This document shows, one piece after another, positions 51,352 through 64,000 of a DNA stretch of 64,000 nt. This stretch comes from the human T2T-CHM13v2.0 reference genome, Homo sapiens. The stretch lies in the NCBI RefSeq assembly GCF_009914755.1, contig NC_060931.1. One strand, written 5' to 3'. Numbering within the stretch: position 1 is the first letter of the stretch; each line of letters starts with the position of its first letter. The notes under the pieces are model-generated. The model saw only the letters and a program-made list of their open reading frames with translations, made no database searches and was not told where the DNA came from. The position numbers and the translations under genes were made by a program.

Positions 51352-54300
51352 TGATTCTTTTGATTTTTTCAATCTCTTTATTAAATTTATCTGATAGAAT
51401 TCTGAATTCCTTCTCTATGTTATCTTGAATTTCTTTGAGTTTCCTCAAAACGGCTATTTTGAATTATCTATGTGAAAGGTCACATATCTCTGTTTCTCCA
51501 GGATTGATCCTGCCTTAGCTCATTTGGTGAGGTCATGTTTTCCTGGATGGCCTTGATGTTCAGAGATGTTTGTCAGTGTCTGGACGTTGAAGAGTTAAGT
51601 ATTTATTTTAGTGTTTACACTCTGGGCTTGTTTGTGCCCATATTTTTGGGGAAGGCTGGGCTACTGTCATAGTGGCAGCCTTTTTGCTTTCTTCTTTGGC
51701 CCCCTCTCAGCTGCTAATGTCTATCTAACTACCTAACATAACCACTACCTGCCTACCACCTATGTTCACTCAAGGCCCTAGGGCTCTACAATCAGCAGGT
51801 GGAGAAACCAGCCATGTTTGTGTCATTCCCTTCAGGGGGTGAGTTCCCCCAGGCCCTGGCTGGACCCAGAGAAGCTGTCTGGGATCCAGGGATTAGAGTC
51901 AAGTATCTTAGAAATCTACCTGGTACTCTATTTTGCTGCGGCTAAGCTGGCTGTCAAACCACAAGTCAGAATCCTTCCCTCCTTTTCCTCCCTTTTGACT
52001 GTCAGAGGAGCCTCTCTCAGTGGCCACCATCACTACTGGCTCACAGGGAGTTCTTCAAGGCCAACGCTGATGTCCCTTTAAAGCCCAAGAATCAGCTTGT
52101 GATAAATGCTGCCAGGCCTGTGACTCACCCTTCAAGGCAGTGGGCTCCCTTCTGGTCCAAGACAGGTCCAGAAATAATGTCCAAGAGCCTAGGCTTGGAC
52201 TCTGATACCCTAAGAGCTCACTCAGGTACCATAAGCGCTCCACCCCACTATGGCTGAGCTGGTACATAAGATTCAAGACAAAGTCATCTTTCCTTTGCCC
52301 TCTGCCCTTCTCAAGCAGAAAGATTATTTTATCATAGCCACTACAGCTAGGAATGTGCTGGATCTCTCCTGAAGCCAACACAACTCAGTCTCATCCAAGG
52401 CCCATGGCATATTACCTGGGTATCACTGCCAGTTATTCAGGACTCAAAAGTTCTTTCGTCATCGAGTGATGAGTCCTGCCACGACTGGGGCCTTCCTTTC
52501 AAGGCAGCGGGTTCCCTTCTGGCTGAAGTTATTCTAGAAATGTCATCCCGGAGCAAAGGCCTAGATTGGAGGCCTCATGAATTTGCCTGGTGCCCTATTT
52601 GATTGTGGCTGAGCTGTTAAAAGTCCTGTTTATTTTTTCTCTCCTCTCTAACAGAAGGAAGGAGTCACTTTCATTGCCACCAGCTATGCTGCCTTGGGTT
52701 GAGGGAAGGGTGGTGCAAGAACTTCCTTAGCTGACCCCACTGGTGTCTCCCTAGGTCACATGCCACCCTAGTCCACTGGCTGTAATCCCAGCCTAGAATT
52801 AGGATTTGCCTGGGAATTTTAGTCCTTGTGTTCTAGGCTCCCTTTCAAGTTTACCTAGGACCCTAGAGCCCTTTAGCCAGAGATGGTAAGGCTTGCTGAA
52901 ACTCAGGTTCCAACTGCTGGGATGGATGACTCCCCTCCAGCTAGGGCTGGTCCAAATGCTACCTCCATGTGTGGGCACTGACTGAGCCCTGCATGATTTT
53001 GCTCTCTGCTGTGACAGGGCAGCATTTAGTTCAGTGCCAAGTCCCCCAGTCACTGTGCTCTTCCTCCCCCAAGTGCACAGATTCCCTCTCCACACCATAC
53101 AGCTGCTGCAGGGGTATGGGGGAGGGATGTAATCAGCGATTTATGACTGTCTCTCCCACCCTCTTCAGTGCCTCTTTTAGTGATATGAAGTTAAAACCAG
53201 GTACTGTAATTGCTCACCTAATTTTTGGTTCTTATGATGGTGCTTTTTTTGTGTGTAGTTAGTTGTTAAAATTTGGTGTTTCTGCAGGAGGGACAATCAG
53301 TAGAGGCTTCCATTCTACCATCTTGTTCCACCTCTATTGTGATTTTTGATGAGAATATGGAATAACTAAATTAAGCTGATTAGCATACCCATTACTTCAA
53401 ATATTTTAACTTTTGTGTGATAAGCATATTAGACGGTTACTTTCTAGCAATATTGAAATGTACAGTACTCAGTTATTAGCTGTATTTAGCATGTTGTGCA
53501 ATAGATCTCAAAATAAAATCAGATTTATTTATTCTATCTAATTGAGCCTTTGTATGCTTTGACTATTATCTTCTGATTCTCTTCACCATTCAGTCTTTGG
53601 TAATCATGATTCTACTGTCTGTTTCTGTGATTTCAGTTGTTTTAGATTCCACATGTTAGTGACAATATGTGGTATTTGTTTTTCTGTATTTGACTTATTT
53701 CCCATAACATAATGTTCTCTAATTCTGTCCATATCATCACAAATGACATAATTTCTTCCTTTTTAAGGGCTGAATAGTATTCCATTGTATGTATATGTAT
53801 ATATATGTATGTATGTATGCATATATATTTTTTCTTTATTCATTTTCTTTATTTATCCATCCCTTGATGGACATGCAGGTTGATTCCATAACTTAGCTAT
53901 TGTGAATAGCGCTGCAATGAACATGGGACTACAGCTAACTCTTCAACATAATGATTTCAAATCTTTCAGTTAAATACCCAGAATCAGAATTGCTGGGTCA
54001 AATAATATTATATTTTTAGTTTTTTTGAGTGATCTTTATACTTTCTCTTTCATAATGTTTATACTAATACACTTTCCTATCAATAGCATGTAAGGGTTCC
54101 CTTTTCTCCACATCCTCACCAACACTTGTCTTTTCTCTTTTTGATAACAGATTTAACAAATGTAAAGCGATATCTCATTGTGTTTTTAATTTGCATCTCC
54201 CTAATGATTAGAAATGTTGAACATTTCTTCATGTATCTGTTAGCTATTCAGATGTCTTATTTTTAGAAATGTGTTTCTTGCCCATTACTTAATTAGATTA

Positions 54301-56513
54301 TTGGTTTTCTTTCTGAGAAAGTTTGTTTGAATTTCTTATATATTTTGGATATTAATAGCTTATCAGATATATGGCTTACAAATATTTTCTCCCAATCCAT
54401 AGATTGTCTCTTCACTGCTGTTTTCTTTGATGTGCAGTAGCTTTTTATTTTGATATAATCCCGTTTGTCTTTGTTTCTATTGCTTGAGTTTTTGGAGTCA
54501 AGTCTAAAAAATCATTGCCCAGACCAAAGTCATGTAGTTTTTTCTCCTATGTTTTTTTTTCCTACGAATGTTATAGATTTGGGTCTTATGTTTCAATCTG
54601 TAATCTATTTTGAATTGAGTTTTGGATATCGCATAAGATAAGTGTCCAATTTCATTCTTTTGCAGGCTGTCTTTTCTGAAAGCTTTCTGAATAAGTGTAG
54701 AACATGAAAACAGGCCCCGTCTCATAAGCAGCCCCCAGTGTTTGAGGAGCAAAGTGCCCTGTCTTCTGGTTGGAAAGCTTCCTTCCTCTGTGAGCCGGGG
54801 TTCAGAGGACATATGCATATGTATGGGGGGGGAGGTGGATACAAAGTTTGCCTGCCTTTTTTTTCTTCATATATTCTCTCTTTATGATTTGAATCCTTAT
54901 TATGATCTGAGCTGCAGTTGTGATAGTTTTTGGTTGTTTTAGTGCCACTCTTCACTTCTGTCTTGTAACTATTAAGACACCTTCTAATGTTATTATTATA
55001 CTGCTTTTTTGTGGGCTGAGTTTTTAATTCTATGGGCATTTTAGGGAAATATTAGAAATGTCATTCCTTAATGACATCTAAGGTTGGAAGTTAGAGCTTT
55101 GGTTTTGAATAATAAATCCGATAAGATAAAGTGTGAATCACCATGGGCAAAAACTCTTCTTTTCTTCAGATATCTAGGCAAGGGACCATGGGGAATGAAA
55201 CAAAGAGAAGAGCTGAGGAGTTAAAGAAGCAGAAATGACATATGCAAACATAGATTGGGTACCATAGAACCTAACTCTTGACCAGGGCCAGTGAAAAAAA
55301 TAGAATCAAATATAATTCTGAAGTAGAGATGTTTGAGTCAGGATTTTCTGAAGAGTGACATGTTAATAAGCAACAGAGAACATGAAAAAGGAACCACTGG
55401 GGGACTAGATGCTGTCTTTACTTTTAGATGTTATTATTTTATTTTTTGGTGTTTGTTACATGTTCAAAGGTACATATGCATCCTGAAACTGAAAGGCATA
55501 AAGTTGTGATTTTGATATAATTTGTTACCTGTGAATACGGTAGATGGTTGCCAAAATTATGTAGCATAAATAATATAAACATGTGGTATCATCCTCTGTA
55601 ATGATACTAATATGTTGTGATTTCCAAAAAGAATGATGATGCCTTATAGCTTTGAGTTATTACATATATGTATGTGTGTATATATATATATATGTCTGTG
55701 TATCTACATATATATATTATGTGTGTATATATATTTATATATATGTCTTGTGATATTGCTTTAGCATTTGCATTTGGCATGATCATTTAAAATATTTTTA
55801 AATATGCAATGCATGGCCATGGTATAAATATCCAGGCTATAAAAAGGTACAGTCAAGGTGTGTCAAAGTCACTGAAAGGTATAGTTTTCCCCAGTCATGC
55901 AGCATTTCTCTTCACAGATTTCTTGTTTAGTTTTGTGTACCTTCTATGTGTAGATTTGTGTTACAGTGAGAAGGAGTTGTTCTTCAGCACATTCTTTCCA
56001 ATTTCTAAATAATAATTGGTCATTGTTTGCTCATCTGTGAGGTCAGTTTGGGTTATTTATATTTCCTGAAGAAAGAGAGGGTTAAAGGCTAGGGTGGAAA
56101 AGTATTGGGTACCTAGTCGGAGTAGGGAAATGTGTCATTAAGGTTCTCCCTTGCTCCTCCCATGATGAGGTCTCAGCAGAGATGATGAAGGACTCAGATA
56201 AAGAGATAAGAATGAAGTCACCTGGGCTAGAAATGCCAATACATGTAAGAGCATGCCTGGCCAAAGGAGCCTGAGACCTTGACTGGGACTTCTCTCAGAG
56301 ACTTCAGTGTGTTGGCTGTGCACCAAGTCTCATAGAGGAAGGGCAACTTTCCCCCATGAGGCCTGTCAGGTACAGATTTTGTAATGGCCTGTGGTCAGGC
56401 CTGAAAAGTTGCATAAGTCTTTAATTGGAAGCAAGACTCCTCAAATCCCCCCACCCCAATCATGTTTAATTATATCCGTGTATGGTCTAGCTTTTGTTGT
56501 TTTTGTTTACTGC

Positions 56514-56514
<1 letters not shown>

Positions 56515-56556
<42 letters not shown>
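56515..56556. repeat. (TG)21 microsatellite
   Basis: Perfect dinucleotide run. Confidence 0.97.
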
Positions 56557-56560
<4 letters not shown>

Positions 56561-58298
56561 GCATGGCCTCATCTTTCTTCCTATAATTTGGAGGATTTCT
56601 AGCCTGTGTTTAGCTTCTGTGGTTTCCTCTACAAATATAACTCTATATAATGCTTGGTTTCCTACTTCTTTACAGGGACTATATTAACTCTTCAGTATAA
56701 ACAATAGCAAAGTTATTTAGTATATTCCTAACTCCACATGTCATCTCCTCTCTTTCTTTTTAAATAGATCTCCTTTCATCTTTTTCCCTCTAGCTTTTTT
56801 CTTTTGGGAAAGCATCATGGCATGAGACTAGAAGTGAGACTTGGACCCACAGCCAGAGGTTCTGGGTGCAACACATCTCTCAGATCTAATCTAGCACATT
56901 GATTTGGTCCAATGTAACTGTCATATATGGTCCTGAATTCTGTCCCCTTTAAATCTGTAAAATAATAATAACCTCAATTTATCCATGTCTTTTTTTTTTT
57001 GAGGTAAAATACATTAGAATCTCTGAAAGACACTGACAGATTTAAAGAATGGTATAAAACTGAGGCATTATCATCTTATGGCTACTGGTTATCAACAGCT
57101 TATTAACAAAAAAATGAAGCTCTTTTTTCTGATAGCTGTAGTTTCAACTTTTTTTTTAATAATAATGATTCTTAGTGTATTTTGACACATAATATGGTAA
57201 AGTAACCTGTGCTCACATAGGAATTTGTTTTTAATATCACTTTAGGAAAATAAAAATCTTAGTAAGTTTACCTTCCCTTGCTTAAATATCTAAAAATATC
57301 AGCCAGGTAGAGAATAGTTGTACTAACATTCTCAATCTATCAATATCTTGTAAATAGTAAAGTTTTGGTATTTCTTTATATAAAAATTTCTTATATAATT
57401 AAAAAGTTAAATAGATTAGAAAATACGTTAGAAAAATTTGAAATACTAAAGTTTAAAAACCTCCCTGACAATATCTATTATGGAATTAATAATGCATTTA
57501 AAATTTTTGAATCTACATATATTTGGAAAATAATACAAATATGTGTAAGCTATATTACAGACAATTGTTATGTGAATTAGTGGCTCTCATATTTACTATC
57601 CGGAATCTGTAAAATTTAACAGTGACTTGCTTGATCTCTAACACTAACTTTGTGGAAGAATTAGATTTGGTAAAGGAGTTCTAAGAAAACTGGAACTGTA
57701 TTGTTTTCTGGATAGTTTTTAAAACTGAACCTGTGTGTGTCATAAATTAAGACACCAAATGAAAGAAACATTAAATGAAAAGTCTGAGTGACTGCGGAAA
57801 CGGTGATAAACATAAGCCACCATTTGTTCTTTAAAAACATGTCTTTGATATATTAGTCTTTTCCTCCAATAAATTATTAAGTGGGAAGATTGGCAGCTGC
57901 TATGAACAGAGCATGTGTGTAATTTAATGAGCTTTTTTTTTTTTTTTTTGCCAGTAGTTTATAACATTTTCTTCATGGGCAAGAACAAAAAAAAAAAATC
58001 TCAGGAGTATGAAAATATAATTGTGTGTTAATTTTTCTGTTTTGAAAAGATGTAACTTAATCAGATTTGTGACGTCTCCCTCAGCCAAGCACAAAGGAAG
58101 AAAATGAATAAAAATCATTACTGAAGTCCCGAAATGAATGACTGTTTTCTCTTATGTTGCAATTGTAGTGATGTTTAAATACCAATCTGAAATACCCGAG
58201 AGAACTTCAACTTGTATTAGAGGGTTATATAGGTGTGTATGTGTGTGTGTACCTTTAAACCGGGGGGATAAACTTATTCTACCTTTCAAAGAAGATAA

Positions 58299-58385
58299 GG
58301 CCGGGCGTGGTTGCTCATGTGTGTAATCCCAGCACCCAGACTCCATCTCAAAACAAAACAAAACAAAACAAAAACAAAAACAAAG
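58299..58385 (+). mobile_element. Collapsed Alu (5' ~37 nt joined to the last ~12 nt and a (CAAAA)n tail)
   Basis: ggccgggcgtggttgctcatgtgtgtaatcccagcac-cc-agactccatctc-aaaac...; TSD aagaagataa / aagaaggtaa. Confidence 0.85.
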
Positions 58386-61300
58386 AAGAAGGTAAAAACA
58401 TATTCCTAATCCATATGTAAGAAACAAATCAGCATGAGAGCATCGTAATCTTTCTAAAACAATGTCAAGCTGTCATGGAGTGTATGCTCCCTGAAGCTGT
58501 CTTTGGATTCAGTTTCTTTGGTTTTGGTCACAGGCTCAGGGCCTTCTCCTAACAAACACATGGCCCATGTTTAAGAGCTAACAAGACCAACAGACAGGAG
58601 CCTGTGACATTCCTGTTAACACACAAAAACAATTCAGATATTCAGGATCCAGTCACTTGATGAAAGGGCAGGTGGTAAACTGGGGGTTAACCTTCCTATA
58701 AAGTATGGCCAGTGGCAGTAGAGAATCCAGCAGTTTGGAAGCAAATGAATTTAAAATACTATCTGGAAAGCAAATCAAATCAGGACCATTGAGCTGTTCT
58801 TTCTTGACTCTCATTGACCTACTTTCACGGTTTACAGACTGCTGATAATATAAAGGAAATTAAATGCCTGCAGTGAGAAGGTTCTTGATCTGGCAAAGAC
58901 CCCTCAGAGTGCTCCAAACATTTTATTTAATTTCCAAAATTTCTTGATCTGTTATGTCATTAAATAAAGGGGGAGAAACAGCTAGTCAGCATGCATCATG
59001 ATAAAAGCCACTTGAAGCTCACTTTTCTGTCCCACCCAGGACTAAAAAATGTCTTGCCTTTCCAAGTGGTGCTGAAGCGTAAAGCATACAGTTATGACTT
59101 TCACTGCTAGGTTGAGATAACTGAAATGCAAGTGCATGGAAACCGTAAAATGGATGTGAGCATTTTCTAATAATATCAATATGATTGACAGTGATTTTGA
59201 TTAAGGAGATGTTGGTTAGCATCTCACAGAGATAGATTAGAAGATTTATATAGATGAGCTCACTTCTTCTAGGTCAGTCAGAATGAGCTCTGGTTTAGAT
59301 AATAAGCTCTTGCCTTGCTGAAAGGCTTTATTATCATATGACCTCCTTTTGTATGCAAATCTGCACAAGGCTGTACCCACTTAGTGCTTCCATCTGGATT
59401 ATAAGAAGACACCATGGAAAATGGGTCCTGTTCACTTAAACTGAGTTGTCAGGTTGGTCTTCGTAGATCCTTATTTGCCCCCAAAATTCACATAAAGAAA
59501 TTTAGCTATTCACAGAGCAGCAGGTATTTAAGCCAATAAAATAGAGCATGGGAAATCACAGTACAGTTTGACTTAACATGTCTTTAAAATGCTATTTGAG
59601 TACTGACCTCTACTGTGGTTTAGCACACTCTGGATCTTCTCCGCAAACATTCTACCGAACTACTTATAGTGATAGACACATCACTGCTTAATAAAATCTA
59701 AAGAATTGATAGATATGCTGTGTGCAAAAGTTGAGTGAGGTGATTCCCACTAACTGCAAAGCAACTGCAACCATTTTAATTGTACGGCACACAGAAGATA
59801 CCCTGCTCTGAAAGTGGAAGTAAAGGTTCTTCATTTGTTTTCATTATGAAGTCATGCCCTTAGTTTAAAAATATAATCTAAGTAATTAAAAATTAGGCAG
59901 CTGTCATTGAACTGGATGACGGGTTGCTTTGAAGGCAGAAAGACCTTTTCCATTGTTGAATCCCTGTGTTCGCAGAGTGCTGTATTTCCTGTTTTGAAGT
60001 AGAAAGATACTGAGTAGAAAAAAATGAGTATGGGCCTTGGGCAGTGCAGAGGCTGCAAGGGTGCTGGGGTCATTGGACAATGCAAAGAATATCTGAATAT
60101 GTATTCCATATCTTTATATGTTTTAGAACATTTAAAATATATATTATATGGCTTTACATTGTTAGGGAGCTCATTGAGATTGGGGAGTAGTTGGTAGGAG
60201 ACCATCCAAACACATTCTATCAGAACTTATATAAAACCTTTTTTAGACATGAACATTTGTGCTAGGTGATTAATTAATGTGTGGAGATTACCAACAAATT
60301 TTAAAATATCAACTTAAACATTGAGTATATAATACTCATAAATCATAAATATATGGGTTGATGAACTTTTATAGTATTAGCATACATGTAACTATCATCA
60401 GGAGAGAGACCTTTGGCAGACCCCCAAGAAACTCCTTTCATGACCCTATCTAAACCAAAGATAAACACTGTTCTGGCTTTTATTAGCATAGGTTAGTTTT
60501 ACTTGTTTGTGAATTTTATATAAATGAGATCATACAGTTTATATTTTTACATGAGCGATTTTTTCCTATAAAATCATATTTGTAAAATGCTTCCATATTG
60601 TCACATGTTGCAATAGTTTTATTGTCATTAATAATGACAGATATTTGTTAGGAACAATCCCCAATACGTATATGAATGAAATTGCCTCCATAGAGCATGT
60701 GTGTGTTTAGCTTTTGTAAATACTGGTAGTGTTTTGGTTAACTAAGACATAATTCACATACTATCAAACTTATAATTTTTTAAATGCAACAATTCAGTGA
60801 TTTTTACCATATTCATAAAGCCATATGATGATTTCCACTAACTCTAGAACACTTTCATTACTTTGAAAAGAAACCCTATACCAATTAACAATCATTCTCC
60901 ATTGCGTCCCCCCATTGTCAACCATTAATTTACTTTCTATCTCCATGGATTTGAGTATCCTGGAAATTCCATATAAATAGGTTCATACAATAACTTCCTT
61001 TTATCTCAAATTCTTTTCCTGTTTTATCATAAAAGGGTATTGAATTTTGTCAAATTCTTTTTCTGAGTTTAATGAGATGTGTGGTTTTTGCACTTTATTC
61101 CATTAACATGGTATAGATGATTGGTAGAATCAACAAATAATTAATTTTATATATTAAACTAACTTTGCATTCCTGGAATAAATTACACTTGAGCATAGTG
61201 CCTACTTCTCTTTATATGGGCTGGATTTGATTTACTTGTATTCTGTTGAGGATTTTTAAACATCTATTTATAAGAAATAATGTTATATAGTTTTCTGTCA

Positions 61301-62227
61301 TGTCTTTAGTTGTGGTATCAGGGTGATACTGACCTTATGTAATTAGCTTGGGAATTTTTTTTCTCTTCTACTTTTTGAAATAGTCTAGAAGCATTAGTAT
61401 TAATCCATTTTTAAATATTTGGTAGAACTCACCAGTGAAACCATTTGGTAGTGGGCTTTTATTTATGAAAAGGTTTTTTGGCATTGTTTTTATTGTTTTT
61501 ATTATTATTATTACTAATTCAGTATCTTTACTTGTGGATCTGTTTAGATTTTCTTTTTCTCATTTGGTCACTTTCAGTATTTTCTGTCTTTCTAGGAATT
61601 TGTCCGTGTTATCTAAATTTCTTAGGATTTTGGCATACGAATATTTAGACTATTAAAAAATTTTCCATTTCTTTAAGATTGGTAGAAATATTTTATTTCT
61701 TATTTTAGTAATTTTAATATTCTTGTTCCCTTTTGTTGGTCATTGTAGCTATGAGTTTGTAGATTTGATTGACCTTAAAGAATCAAGATTTGATTATGAT
61801 TATTTTCTTTATTATTTCTTCCCTATTTTATTTATTTCTGCTCAAATCATTATTTTTTTATTCTGTTTTCTTTAGGTTTAGTTTGCTTTAGTTTTTCTAA
61901 TTTCTTAATGTAAATGGCTAGGTTATTGTTCTGACATCTACCTTTTTAAAAAATAATACAGATATTACAGCTGTATCTTCTCTTTATGTACCTTTTTAGC
62001 TGAATACCATGTTTTGATATGTTGTGTTTTTGTTTTCATTCATCTCAAAGTATTTTTTCATTTTCCTTTTGATTTCTTCTTTGACCCATTGGTTATGAAA
62101 TAGTATGTTGTTTAATTTCTACACATTTGGAATTTCCCAAAGATTGCTTCTGTATTGATTTTTAATTTTAGTCCATTGTAGTCAAAGAACATACTTTGTA
62201 TGATTTCAGTCCTTTTCACTTACTGAG

Positions 62228-62541
<314 letters not shown>

Positions 62542-62900
62542 AATAAGTCTTTTTATTTGTTTGTTTGTTTTTTTAATAGCCAAACACTTGTTCTATTCTG
62601 GAGAATTGCTTCTATATACATTTGAGAAGAATGTTCAGTCTGCTCTTTTTGGATGGAGAGTTCTAAGTCTCTATAGTCTCTTAGGTCTAGTTATCTTGTT
62701 GTATTGTTCCAATCTCCTATATTTTTGTTAATCTTCTAGCATAGTTATTCTATTAAATATTGAATATAGTGTATTGAACTTGTTCTATTGTTGAATTGTC
62801 TATTTCTCCCTTTAATGCTGTCAGCATTTGCTTTGTGTGTTGTGTGGCTCTGTTCTTAATTTCATGTTTTTATGATTAGTCTGTCTTCCTAAGGAATTGA

Positions 62901-63339
<439 letters not shown>

Positions 63340-64000
63340 GCATCCTTTTACTTTCAAACTATTTGTGACTTTGATTCTAAAGTGTATATTTTATAGACAG
63401 CATACAGTTGGATAATTAAAAAAAAATCCAGTCTGCCAATCTATGAATTTGTTAAATGGTAGAATTAATTGATAATTATGTGGTAATTACATTAAATGTA
63501 AATGAGCTAAATAATCTAATTATTGAGATGGTAAAATTGGTTTCCACCATTTTACTATTTGTTTTCTATATTTCCTCTATATTTTTCATTCCTCTGTTCT
63601 TCTATTACTGCCATCTTTTGTGCTAAATAAGTATTTTCTAACATACCACTTTAAGTCCTTATTGTGTTTTTTTGCTATATATATTTTTGAGTTATTTTCT
63701 TAGCAGTTTTCCTGGGGATTGCAACTAACATCTTGAGTTAAAATTCTCTAATTTAGATTAATACCAACTTAATTTCAATAGTTTATAAAATTGTGTTTCT
63801 ACATAGCTCCTCTCCCATTTATGCTATTATTATTACAAATTACATTTTTAGAGATTGTGTGCTCATCAGCATTGATTTTTAAATTATTCTATTATGGAAA
63901 TGCATTTAACTAAAACAGAAAAAGGAATTACAAGAAACACGTACATTTATCTTGTCATTTATATTTCTTTATATGGTAATCTTAACCAGTGCTTTTTGTT

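Noticed and set aside
55660-55745. TA-rich palindromic tracts (also 23030-23097 and 34438-34512)
   Set aside because: Ordinary degenerate (TA)n microsatellites.

Overview
Primate (almost certainly human) genomic DNA from the 3' part of ABCA13, an ABC subfamily A transporter, on the + strand. Six GT-AG exons (590-767, 3803-3918, 9446-9602, 12762-13015, 16970-17162, 20960-21069) splice into one open frame of about 336 codons. It covers the second transmembrane domain and the start of nucleotide-binding domain 2, including Walker [10 protein letters not shown]. From recalled ABCA13 numbering these are about exons 50-55, codons ~4450-4785. Everything after 21070 is one intron of more than 42 kb, packed with transposons: two near full-length antisense L1s, Alus, LTRs, DNA transposons, MIR/L2/CR1. 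I see no new protein-coding system, and the other ORFs in the track are repeat-derived or chance. The best leads are: (1) a solo LTR10-type LTR carrying five AP-1 sites at exact 29-bp spacing; (2) a strong-looking unannotated poison exon at ~41.3-41.6 kb; (3) a 25-bp templated insertion inside the L1PB; (4) a probable L1 3' transduction; (5) an expanded MADE1 (miR-548-like) hairpin; (6) two aberrant Alus. Repeat subfamily names come from recalled consensus sequences, not from a search.
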